Made by a program: the position numbers and the translations under genes. This document shows positions 1 through 9,800 of a stretch of DNA of 64,000 nucleotides, one piece after another. Source of the DNA: Desulfobacterales bacterium. GTDB taxonomy: Bacteria > Desulfobacterota > Desulfobacteria > Desulfobacterales > UBA2245. The stretch spans positions 62,001-126,000 of the forward strand of contig JAXGZF010000007.1 of the NCBI GenBank assembly GCA_040771865.1, in the 5' to 3' direction. The notes below the pieces were generated by a model. It was not told where the DNA came from. It saw nothing but the letters and a program-made list of their open reading frames with translations, and ran no database searches. The stretch's first letter is position 1. The number at the start of each line of letters is the position of its first letter.

Positions 1-155
1 GGGAGGATGACCCGCTGGAGAAACTGTCCCAAGATAATCAGTTGATGGCTTATAAACATCACGGGTTCTGGCAATGCATGGACGCCATGCGTGATAAACA
101 AATCCTCGAACATCTCTGGAACTCTGGACTGGCAAAATGGAAGATCTGGGAATAA
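1..155 (+). CDS. rfbF: Glucose-1-phosphate cytidylyltransferase, C-terminal fragment (truncated by window start)
   Basis: Frame from nt 3 reads EDDPLEKLSQDNQLMAYKHHGFWQCMDAMRDKQILEHLWNSGLAKWKIWE*. GFWQCMD..RDK..L..LW is the RfbF C-terminal motif. It lies directly upstream of rfbG. Confidence 0.88.
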   Translation, partial: EDDPLEKLSQDNQLMAYKHHGFWQCMDAMRDKQILEHLWNSGLAKWKIWE

Positions 156-169
156 CCATCGGATAGACT

Positions 170-1261
170 ATGTTTGAGAACATTTATCAAAAAAAGAAAG
201 TTCTTATTACAGGGCACACAGGATTCAAAGGATCCTGGCTAGCCCTGTGGCTTTCACAAATGGGTGCAACGATTACCGGGTATTCCCTGCAACCGCCAAC
301 CAACCCCAACCATTTTCAACTACTCGACCTCAAGATCAACTCCGTAACTGGCGATCTTCGCGATGCGGATAGGCTCAAAAAGGTCTTCAGGGAACAACAG
401 CCGGAGATTGTATTTCATCTGGCCGCACAAGCTATTGTGAGACTTTCCTATAAAGACCCGATGGCAACCTTGACCAGCAACATCATGGGAACTGTCAATG
501 TGCTTGAAGCGTCCCGATCCTGCAGAACGGTGCGCGCCATTGTCAATGTAACGAGCGATAAATGTTATGAAAACCATGAATGGCCCTGGGGGTACCGGGA
601 AATCGATCCCTTGGGCGGATACGACCCATACAGCGCCTCGAAAGGTTGTGCAGAACTGGTTACAAGTTGCTGGCGCAACTCATTTTTTAATCCAAAAGAT
701 TATGGCAACACCCACCGGACGCTTATGGTCAGCGCCCGCGCCGGCAATGTCATCGGCGGAGGCGACTGGGCGTCCGACCGTCTGATTCCGGACGTCATAC
801 GCGCCGTCCATCGGAATCAAAAGGTCAAGATTCGCGATCCGCAGGCTACCCGCCCTTGGCAGCACGTCCTTGAACCCTTAAGCGGGTATTTACTCCTCGG
901 CCAAAAACTTCTGGAAGGACGAAAAGAATTTTCCGAAGCCTGGAACTTCGGGCCTTCCGATGAAGAATACTTTTCGGTCAGCGAGATTGTCGATCAGATG
1001 AAAAAGGTTTGGCCAAAAATTGATTACGAAATAAATCAAACACCCGATCAGCCTCATGAAGCAGGCCTGCTCAGACTCGACTGCTCCAAAGCCCGGACAA
1101 AATTAAAATGGATGCCGGTCTGGACAGGCAGCAACGCCGTTGAGAAGACCGCTCAATGGTATAGAGCTTATTATGAATCCAACAGCATCCAAAGTATTAA
1201 AAATCTCAAGTGTTATATTGCCGATGCGCAAAGCAAACATATCGCGTGGGCTGAAACATGA
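170..1261 (+). CDS. rfbG: CDP-glucose 4,6-dehydratase
   Basis: TGHTGFKGSWL Rossmann motif, TSDKCY, DPYSASK (YxxxK), RAGNVIGGGDW, RPWQHVLEPL. Confidence 0.95.
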   Translation: MFENIYQKKKVLITGHTGFKGSWLALWLSQMGATITGYSLQPPTNPNHFQLLDLKINSVTGDLRDADRLKKVFREQQPEIVFHLAAQAIVRLSYKDPMATLTSNIMGTVNVLEASRSCRTVRAIVNVTSDKCYENHEWPWGYREIDPLGGYDPYSASKGCAELVTSCWRNSFFNPKDYGNTHRTLMVSARAGNVIGGGDWASDRLIPDVIRAVHRNQKVKIRDPQATRPWQHVLEPLSGYLLLGQKLLEGRKEFSEAWNFGPSDEEYFSVSEIVDQMKKVWPKIDYEINQTPDQPHEAGLLRLDCSKARTKLKWMPVWTGSNAVEKTAQWYRAYYESNSIQSIKNLKCYIADAQSKHIAWAET

Positions 1262-1809
1262 AATTCACGGAAATCCAACTCAAGGGCGCCTTTGTCATCA
1301 CGCCTGATCTCCTTGAAGACGAGCGGGGTTTCTTTGCCCGCACGTTTTGCCGCCGTGAATTTGAAAAACAGGGGCTGAATCCCAATCTGGTTCAATGCAA
1401 CATCTCCTTTAACAAAGCAAAAGGAACTCTGCGCGGGATGCACTATCAAATCCATCCGTATGCCGAAGTCAAACTGGTCCGCTGCTCGGCGGGTGTAGTT
1501 TACGATGTCATAATCGACCTGCGCTTGGGATCGCCGACATTTATGCAGTGGTCGGCATTGGAGTTGTCGGCAGAAAACCACAAATTGCTTTACATTCCTG
1601 AAGGTTTCGCCCACGGGTTCCAGACACTCGCAGATAACACCGAACTGATCTATCAGCACTCCACATTTCACAGCCCAGGACACGAAAAAGGCATACGATT
1701 CGATGATCCGGCTCTGAACATTGCATGGCCGTTGCCCGTCAGCATGATTTCTCCAAAGGATCAACACTATTCTCTAATTAACTGTGCCTTCAAGGGAATG
1801 AATACATGA
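1258..1809 (+). CDS. rfbC: NDP-4-keto-6-deoxyhexose 3,5-epimerase (RmlC/RfbC cupin family)
   Basis: DERGFFAR, GTLRGMHYQ, IPEGFAHGFQTL motifs; ATGA overlap with rfbG. Confidence 0.9.
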   Translation: MKFTEIQLKGAFVITPDLLEDERGFFARTFCRREFEKQGLNPNLVQCNISFNKAKGTLRGMHYQIHPYAEVKLVRCSAGVVYDVIIDLRLGSPTFMQWSALELSAENHKLLYIPEGFAHGFQTLADNTELIYQHSTFHSPGHEKGIRFDDPALNIAWPLPVSMISPKDQHYSLINCAFKGMNT

Positions 1810-3032
1810 ACTGCCGTTTCTGCGGGGGAAAATTGACCCACCAGTTTCTTGACTTGGGAACTGCGCCGCCTTCAAATGCCTATCTCAGCCATGAGGACCT
1901 GCGCAAGCCGGAGTTGCATTTCCCCCTGAGATTGCTTGTATGCCATCGCTGCTGGCTGGTGCAGACGGAAGATTACGCGCGGGCCGAAGCACTCTTTCAT
2001 CCTGAGTATGCTTACTTTTCATCGACATCCACGAGCTGGCTTGATCATGCTGCCCAATACAGCGCCATGATCTGCAACCGACTTCAGCTCGGAAGGAAAA
2101 GCTTTGTCATTGAAATCGCCTCGAATGACGGTTACCTGCTGAAAAACTTTGTCGCACGAAATATTCCCTGTCTGGGTATCGAACCGACGGACAGCACGGC
2201 CGACGCAGCGGAAAAAATCGGTATTAAAGTTTTGCGTAAATTTTTTAGTTCAGCGCTTGCGCGACAACTCAGCAACGAGGGAAAACAGGCCGACCTGATC
2301 ATCGGTAACAACGTCTATGCCCACGTCCCGGATATCAAAGACTTCACGGCCGGCCTGAAAACAGCGCTCAAGCCGGGAGGAACGATTACCCTTGAATTTC
2401 CCCATCTCCTGTGCCTGATTGAACACACTCAATTTGATACCATCTACCATGAGCACTATTCCTATCTTTCACTGTACACAGTCAACCACATCTTTGAGGC
2501 CGCAGGATTGAGGATTTTTAACGCCGAAGAACTGCCCACCCACGGCGGCAGTCTGCGCATCTATGGATGTCATGCCGAGGATAACCGCCGTCATGGAAGC
2601 GCTGTTACAAAGATTCTTGCCGAAGAAAAACATGGTGGGCTGCAAAATCTCGCGATCTACGATGCATTTCAGCAACGAGCCGACAAGGTAAAAAACAATC
2701 TGCTTGCCTTTCTGATTAAAAAGAAGCGACATGGCAAAAAAGTTGCCGCTTACGGGGCCGCCGCCAAAGGAAACACCCTGCTCAACTACGCGGGCATAAA
2801 ACCGGATCTGATTTCCTATGTATGCGATGCTTCGCCCTCCAAACAGGGAAAATTCATGCCCGGCAGCCGCATTCCCATTCATCCGCCGGAAATGATCCGG
2901 AAGAAGCGACCTGAACTTGTGCTGATTCTGCCATGGAACATCTCAAACGAGATCATGGAGCAGCTTCATTATATCCGTGAATGGGGAGGCTGTTTTGTTG
3001 CAGCTGTGCCCGAATTGGAGATTTTCAAATGA
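1806..3032 (+). CDS. NDP-hexose C-methyltransferase (class I SAM, zinc-finger N-terminus)
   Basis: CRFC...CHRC zinc site, EIASNDG SAM motif, QFDTIYHEH, ELPTHGGSLR, YGAAAKGNTLL typical of sugar C-3 methyltransferases. Confidence 0.88.
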   Translation: MNCRFCGGKLTHQFLDLGTAPPSNAYLSHEDLRKPELHFPLRLLVCHRCWLVQTEDYARAEALFHPEYAYFSSTSTSWLDHAAQYSAMICNRLQLGRKSFVIEIASNDGYLLKNFVARNIPCLGIEPTDSTADAAEKIGIKVLRKFFSSALARQLSNEGKQADLIIGNNVYAHVPDIKDFTAGLKTALKPGGTITLEFPHLLCLIEHTQFDTIYHEHYSYLSLYTVNHIFEAAGLRIFNAEELPTHGGSLRIYGCHAEDNRRHGSAVTKILAEEKHGGLQNLAIYDAFQQRADKVKNNLLAFLIKKKRHGKKVAAYGAAAKGNTLLNYAGIKPDLISYVCDASPSKQGKFMPGSRIPIHPPEMIRKKRPELVLILPWNISNEIMEQLHYIREWGGCFVAAVPELEIFK

Positions 3033-3135
3033 CGACGCGCAAAATCTTTAGTCCAAAATCGCCTTCATCATGAATCAACGAAATTATATGATCATTTATT
3101 CCTTTTTAACTGTTAGGCCCTAAAGGAGTCTTTGT

Positions 3136-4050
3136 ATGAGCCTCTTTCCAACTCATCTGCAAATCGAAGTTGTAGCCGGTCTTTGTTCTGCTGACTGCAT
3201 CATGTGCAACATCAAAGCGATTCAAGATAAAGGCATACTGGACATGAAGTCTTATCGTGCGATTTTGGACAAGTTTGCCAGTCATACGAACAGGCTGAAA
3301 TTTCTCACTCTGCACTGCCGGGGTGAACCGTTGCTTGACAATTCATTGCCCCAAAAAGTTGGAATTGCCAGAGATCTTGGATTTCCAAGCATTGGTTTCG
3401 CCACCAACGCCACTCATCTGAATAAGGCAATGGCTAAAGCGCTTCTTCAGAACGGTCTGAATACGATCATTGTTTCCATTGACGGCATCAGAAAAGAAAC
3501 ACACGAAAAGATCCGGCGTGGCGTTAACTATGATCAGGTCTTGGGCAACGTACTCGATTTCATCAAGTTGCGAAATGAAAATTACAACGCAAAGGTAATC
3601 ATGCGCATGATTCGCCAGAAAGAGAATCAGAACGAGTGGAATGAATACAGGGAATTCTGGCAAAGCCGTCTGAATCCCGAATACGGCGATCAGGTCAGCG
3701 TCTTCGATATCCATAATTGGGGTGGGAGGGAAGATTCAAATGCGGTTGAACGGGCAACGAGGTTTAAAAGGCTTCAAAAGCTTTCACAAAAAACAAAAAT
3801 GATCTGCCATGATCTTGAAGAAAGAATGGTTGTTTATTGGAATGGAGACATCGGCTTATGCAGTGGAGAGGAACATGCCTCTCACAATTTGGGCAATATA
3901 TTTCGAGACAAACCCGAAACGATATTCAATGGACCTGTCTATACCGAATATAGACGACTTATGAGGGATGGGCGACTTGCCGAAATTGACTATTGCAAAA
4001 ATTGCCAGGTCATACTTTCAAGAATGGAAAGGCAGTATCTTGGCGTATAG
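3136..4050 (+). CDS. Radical SAM protein with C-terminal SPASM/Twitch domain
   Basis: CSADCIMC (CxxxCxxC), GEPLL, ATNA, VSIDG; C-terminal C...NGDIGLC...LGNI...CKNC; AAGGAG RBS. Confidence 0.88.
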   Translation: MSLFPTHLQIEVVAGLCSADCIMCNIKAIQDKGILDMKSYRAILDKFASHTNRLKFLTLHCRGEPLLDNSLPQKVGIARDLGFPSIGFATNATHLNKAMAKALLQNGLNTIIVSIDGIRKETHEKIRRGVNYDQVLGNVLDFIKLRNENYNAKVIMRMIRQKENQNEWNEYREFWQSRLNPEYGDQVSVFDIHNWGGREDSNAVERATRFKRLQKLSQKTKMICHDLEERMVVYWNGDIGLCSGEEHASHNLGNIFRDKPETIFNGPVYTEYRRLMRDGRLAEIDYCKNCQVILSRMERQYLGV

Positions 4051-4120
4051 ACCATGCAGCAATAAAATCAATGGCAACCTGAACATATCCTGAGATCGAA
4101 GAAACCAAAACCGGCATAAA

Positions 4121-5251
4121 ATGACAGATAACAGCAACCGCATCCACTATGCTAAACCGTCCATCACCGAACTGGAAGTGCGTTACGCCACAGATGCCGC
4201 TGCCAACGGATGGGGGAATCGATGTTACGAATATATCTTTCAATTTGAAGATGCCTTCCGGGAGCATTTGGGTGTCAAGCACGCCATTGCCACATCCAGT
4301 TGTACCGGCGCCCTTCATATGGGCCTTACTGCTTTGGGCGTTGGACCGGGCGACGAAGTCATCATGGCCGACACGAATTGGATCGCGACAGCCGCTCCGA
4401 TCACTTATTTGGGCGCCAAACCTGTTTTTGTGGATATTCTGCCCGATACATGGTGCATCGATCCGAAGTTGGCGGAAGAAGCCGTCACAAGCCGCACGAA
4501 AGCCATCATCGCGGTCCATCTTTATGGAAATCTTTGCGAGATGAATGAACTTCTGGCAATTGGCGAGCGGCATGGCGTTCCAGTCATTGAAGACGCGGCC
4601 GAGGCCATCGGATCAGTTTATTTCGGTAAACGCGCCGGGAGTATGGGCCGTTTCGGAACCTTTTCCTTCCATGGGACCAAGACCGTCACGACCGGAGAAG
4701 GAGGCATGTTTGTCACACAGGACGACACACTTTATGAACGGGTCCTGACCTTGAGCAACCATGGACGAAATCGAAATCAAACCAGACAATTCTGGCCGGA
4801 TATCATCGGATTTAAATACAAAATGTCGAATATTCAGGCAGCGATCGGTTGCGCTCAAATGGATCGAATCGAAGAAATGATTGCACGAAAACGAGAAATA
4901 TTTGAAACCTATTCGCATGAATTAATGAAACAGCCCTGTATATCCATGAATCCCCAAAAACCAGGAACCACGAACGGATACTGGATGCCCACAGCGGTTT
5001 TAACTCCGGAAACGGGAGTGACGCGTGAAAAACTACAAGCTGCGTTTTCATCGGAAGACATAGACGCTCGAGTATTCTTCTGGCCTCTGAGTTCACTGCC
5101 TCCTTTTGAACCGAGGTTTTCAAACAAAATGGCCTACGATCTGCCGGGGCGAAGCATCAACCTGCCGAGCTATCACGATTTGACGAAGGATCAAATAACG
5201 AAGGTCTGCAGCGTATTGATGTCGACTCTTTTCAAAGAGGAGCGCGAATGA
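4121..5251 (+). CDS. DegT/DnrJ/EryC1/StrS PLP-dependent sugar aminotransferase
   Basis: SSCTGALH, IEDAAEA, FSFHGTKTVTTGEGG (PLP lysine), GFKYKM, INLPSY. Confidence 0.93.
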   Translation: MTDNSNRIHYAKPSITELEVRYATDAAANGWGNRCYEYIFQFEDAFREHLGVKHAIATSSCTGALHMGLTALGVGPGDEVIMADTNWIATAAPITYLGAKPVFVDILPDTWCIDPKLAEEAVTSRTKAIIAVHLYGNLCEMNELLAIGERHGVPVIEDAAEAIGSVYFGKRAGSMGRFGTFSFHGTKTVTTGEGGMFVTQDDTLYERVLTLSNHGRNRNQTRQFWPDIIGFKYKMSNIQAAIGCAQMDRIEEMIARKREIFETYSHELMKQPCISMNPQKPGTTNGYWMPTAVLTPETGVTREKLQAAFSSEDIDARVFFWPLSSLPPFEPRFSNKMAYDLPGRSINLPSYHDLTKDQITKVCSVLMSTLFKEERE

Positions 5252-5979
5252 AAAAACGCGTCGTCATTTCACAGTCCATGTATTTTCCCTGGGTGGGGCT
5301 TTTCGAGCAGATCCGTTTGGCGGATACCTTTGTTCACTACGACGATGTGCAGCTGTCACGCGGATTTTATAACCGGGTACAGGTAAAGACAGATCATGGC
5401 AGCCGCTGGATTACTGTGCCGCTTCGCGACCATCATCAAGGCCGCCGTATCGATGAAACAATAATTGACAATCGAGTGAATTGGAGACAGCGCCACCGCG
5501 ACGTGCTCGATCAGGCCTATCGCGAGGCGCCATTCCGCGACGATATGCTGACCATCATCGATAAGGTGTTCTCTCTTCCTTCGCATACTCTTTCAGACAT
5601 CGCACGCGCATCGATTCTGGAATTGGCGGATTATTTTTCATTGACAACGGCTTGCGCCTTTATTGATTCCAAAGCGCTGGACATTGAGGGCAAGGGCAGC
5701 CAGCGAATACTCGACATCGTCCAGTTTCTTGATGGAAAAATCTATATTACCGGCCACGGAGCCCGTAATTACCTTGATCATGAGCTATTCGAAAAACGAG
5801 GCGTTTCCGTTCAATATATGAAGTATGAGTTCATGCCCTACCCGCAATTGCATGGTGCATTCACTCCATATGTAACGGCTTTAGATCTCGTGGCAAACTG
5901 CGGAAGAGAAGGTGGAAGGGTCATCCTGTCCGGAACAGTGGGATGGCGAGAGTTCATGCAAAAACCTGTTTTCGATTGA
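5248..5979 (+). CDS. WbqC family protein
   Basis: ISQSMYFPWVG, YDDVQ, YNR, WITVP, YITGHGARNYL, YPQL match the WbqC pattern. Confidence 0.85.
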   Translation: MKKRVVISQSMYFPWVGLFEQIRLADTFVHYDDVQLSRGFYNRVQVKTDHGSRWITVPLRDHHQGRRIDETIIDNRVNWRQRHRDVLDQAYREAPFRDDMLTIIDKVFSLPSHTLSDIARASILELADYFSLTTACAFIDSKALDIEGKGSQRILDIVQFLDGKIYITGHGARNYLDHELFEKRGVSVQYMKYEFMPYPQLHGAFTPYVTALDLVANCGREGGRVILSGTVGWREFMQKPVFD

Positions 5980-6026
5980 AGATCGGCCCATACTCTAAAC
6001 CGTTTATCCGATCCAGGGAGCTGATC

Positions 6027-6851
6027 ATGAAGCAAATGACCCCTTACGAAAGATTTAAAAATGAATGCCGCTTAGAGATCGAAGCGATGGGAAGCGACAG
6101 GTCGCTGTATCAGAAGTCGCAGGATTGGCGCAATGCCGCGCGTCAATACAAATATTCCTACCATTTTGAATGGCTGGGCAGACCTATTATTCAATATCCG
6201 CAGGACATTATCGCCATGCAGGAACTGGTTTGGACGGTTAAACCTGATTTGATTATCGAAACCGGCATTGCCCACGGAGGTTCGCTTGTCATGTTCGCTT
6301 CCTTGCTCGCCCTGCTGGATATCAGCGAGTCGATGGAATCCGGCACGAGTTTCGATCCCAGACGATCCTGTCGCAAAGCACTGGGCATTGATATAGAGAT
6401 CCGGCCGCATAACCGTGCAGCCATTGAAGCGCACCCGTTATTTCCGCGAATCATGATGATTGAAGGATCCAGTATCGATTCCAAGATCATTTCACAGGTA
6501 TATTCTATTGCTGAGCAATACAAGCGGGTCATGGTTTCACTGGACAGTAACCACTCTCACGATCATGTGATAGCAGAACTGGAAGCCTATGCGCCGCTGG
6601 TGTCTCCAGGCAGTTACTGTATTGTTTTTGACACCATCATCGAGGATATGCCGGAAAATCTGTTTCAGGATCGGCCTTGGGGTAAAGGCAACAACCCCAA
6701 AACCGCAGCTCGGGAATACCTAAAAAGGCTCAAAAGCGAAGGCCGCAAGGATATCCAAGGAAATCCCATGTCGTACGAGATTGACAAGGACATCGAACAC
6801 AAGCTGATGATCACTGTTGCGCCTGATGGGTACCTGCGAAGGGCGTCATGA
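6027..6851 (+). CDS. Cephalosporin hydroxylase (CmcI)-family protein, SAM-methyltransferase fold
   Basis: YSYHFEWLGRPIIQYPQD, IETGIAHGGS, LDSNHSHDHV, PWGKGNNPKTA. Start moved to ATG 6027 (AGGGAG RBS). Confidence 0.87.
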   Translation: MKQMTPYERFKNECRLEIEAMGSDRSLYQKSQDWRNAARQYKYSYHFEWLGRPIIQYPQDIIAMQELVWTVKPDLIIETGIAHGGSLVMFASLLALLDISESMESGTSFDPRRSCRKALGIDIEIRPHNRAAIEAHPLFPRIMMIEGSSIDSKIISQVYSIAEQYKRVMVSLDSNHSHDHVIAELEAYAPLVSPGSYCIVFDTIIEDMPENLFQDRPWGKGNNPKTAAREYLKRLKSEGRKDIQGNPMSYEIDKDIEHKLMITVAPDGYLRRAS

Positions 6852-6882
6852 TAATCACTCGAACAACGATGAAGAGAACAAT

Positions 6883-9800
6883 ATGCGATTTTCCGTGTGT
6901 GTTATAGAACCGGAAGGTTACAAATACACCCATTTTCTCTACGATATCTGCAAATACATATGCTACGGCATCGAGTCGGCGGGATATGATTGCTGCATAC
7001 TGAGAAACAAACTGACCGCCGATCGGACGAATATCATCGTAGGCGCCCATAACCAGCGCGACCCCGCTCTTGTTGAAGCGGCTATGCAGGCAGGCAAGTA
7101 CATACTGTTCCAATCGGAGATTATCACGGACAATTTGATTAACAATCAACCTGCTCAAAAATCTTTTGCCGACGTCTATCTGCCCCTCATGCAACAGGCT
7201 CAGGCGGTCTGGACAACCGTTGAATCCAATATCGACGCCTTAAAAAAATGGAATGTGGAAGCGGATCCGATATTTTGGGGCTACCATCCCTTGATGGAAG
7301 AAATTCATCACAAAAGCAATAAGGACATTGACTTTCTTTTTTGCGGATCAATCACTCCTCATCGGAAGAAGTTGCTTGAACAGCTCATCGCGAGGGGAGG
7401 CAGGGTTGTCGTCATGTTCGACGATGCCGCCATGTTCCGCAACGACCTGATTGCCCGAACGCGAGTAAACCTCGCGCCGAATCAGGGACCGGGCATGAAC
7501 CATTTCGGCGGTGTCCGAGTGATGTACCTCATCGGCAACAGATCGATTGTTGTAGTCGAGCGATGCCACGACCAGGCCATGTTCGAGCATTGCTTTCCAT
7601 GGGCCGAGACGGAACGCTGGGTGGATCTGTGCATGGAAACGCTCCGGCGTCCGGATTTAAATCAGATTACCGAAGAATACTACGAAAAAGCAAAAAGCAT
7701 CCGCATGGTCGATTTTCTGACACCCCTTCTGGACAAGTTTCTCTCCGGATGCGCATCGCATGCGCCCGCCGGCAAAGCCGCCCATGCCGGCCCGCTGAGC
7801 GCTCAACAGAACGCGGCGTTGAATGAAAACCACCCGTCGCCGCACTTCAAGGAAAAACCCGTTCCCGGCCTGGTCTCCATCGTCATTTTCACGCATAACC
7901 GCCTGGATCAGACGAAAAAATGCGTCAAGAGCATTTTCAGGCATACGCCGGAAACGCATGAGATTGTTTTTGTGGACAACGGTTCGACCGACGGAACCGT
8001 CAAATGGCTTCAAGGGCAGATCCGGAAAAACAAAAACTGCTTTCTGATCGAGAACAGTACAAATGTCGGGCAGGTCAAAGGACGCAACCAGGGCATGGAG
8101 GCGTCCCGGGGCGAGTTCATCGTGCTTTTGAATAATGACGTCGCGGTGGCCCAGGGCTGGCTTTCCGCCATGCTGGACTGCTTGAACCGCGCACCGGACG
8201 CCGGCATCGTGGGGCCGACGGCCAATCATGCCGGAGGCATTCAGAAGGTGACGGACCCGTCTTACCGGTCCGTCGAATATCTCGATTCATACGCGTCAAG
8301 GTTTCAAGAGCAATTCCGTCATCGTCGGATTCTGCTAAGAAAGATCGACGGATTCTGCATGCTTTTCAGGCGGGCACTGGTCGAGCGGATCGGCATGCCG
8401 GACGAACAATTCGAATCAGGCGGTTTCGAGGATGATGATTATTGTCTCAGATCCGCCCTGGCAGGGTTTCGCACCTATATTGCCGGAGATGTCTTTATCC
8501 ACCGGTTTGAAAGCGAAATCTCCGCCCGGTCCGCTTCAGCTGGAAAAAATATCTTCGAACAAAAATGGACGCTAAGCACTCGCAGCGCCGAGGGCAAGCG
8601 TCTGTCCGCGCTGAAAGCGACGGAACTGGCCGATGCGCTTTGTCAGCATGGAAAACCGGATAAGGCGATCGAAGTCCTCATCGACTGCATTAAAATCGCG
8701 CCGGATGCGGCCGAAATTTACGAAAGCCTGACCCGGATCTTTATCGAATCCAAACGGTTTTCGGAGGCTCGGGAGGTGATCGCGTCCATGCCGGAGGAGG
8801 CGAAGGACGGCCTCAGGGGCCTCGAACTGGCCGGTTACGCAAAAGAAGGCCTGGGACTCGACGATGAGGCAGCCGAATATGCGGACCGCATGCTGGCCAT
8901 GGATGATGCGTCCGCGCCGGCGCTCAACCTGCGGGGCATCCTGGCGTATAAACAAGGCGACCGGAAAGCGGCGGAAAGCTGGTTTCGAAAGGCGACGGAC
9001 GCCGATCCCGGCTACGGCGAGGCATGGACCAATCTCGGCGTTCTCGAGTGGAGCGGAGAACGCCGAGATGCGGCGGTTTCGAATCTGAGACGGGGATTTG
9101 CCCTGGCGCCGGCCGTTCCGGATCACGGTTCGCTTTATTATGCCGCCATAACGGCTCTGAACCGTTTCGACGAGGCGGAAAACGAGCTGCGCCATGCGAG
9201 AAGCATCTGTTCGGGCAACAAGGATATCGCGTTTCTACTCATCGAGGCCCTGATTCGGCAAAACAAGTTGGACGCCGCCATGCCGGAAATTGAGGACGCC
9301 ATCACCGCTTTCGGTCTGGACGAGGGCATGCTCGAAGCGGCGCTGTCGGTTCGGGAACGCCTGGGACCCCGCCGGATCGACAATCGCCAGGGAAAAAAAG
9401 GAACGCTGTCCCTGTGCATGATCGTCAAAAATGAAGAAAAGAATCTGGCCAGATGCCTTCGAAGCGTACGCGGGGTCGTCGATGAGATGATTGTCGTCGA
9501 TACGGGTTCCAGCGACAAAACCATGGATATCGCGCGGATATTCGGCGCCTTGGTTTTCGAGTTCCCCTGGACCGGCGATTTTTCCGAAGCCCGCAATCAA
9601 TCCCTTGCCCACGCCGAGGGAGATTGGATTCTGGTCCTGGATGCCGATGAGGTCATTGCCGCCCGCGATTATGACGAGCTGAAAACCCTGGCCCGGAAAA
9701 AGCCGTCGTCGCCTGTCGCCTATTCCATTATTACCAGAAATTACACAAGCAACGTCAGCGTCATCGGCTGGACGCGGAACAACGGAGAATTTCCCGAAGA

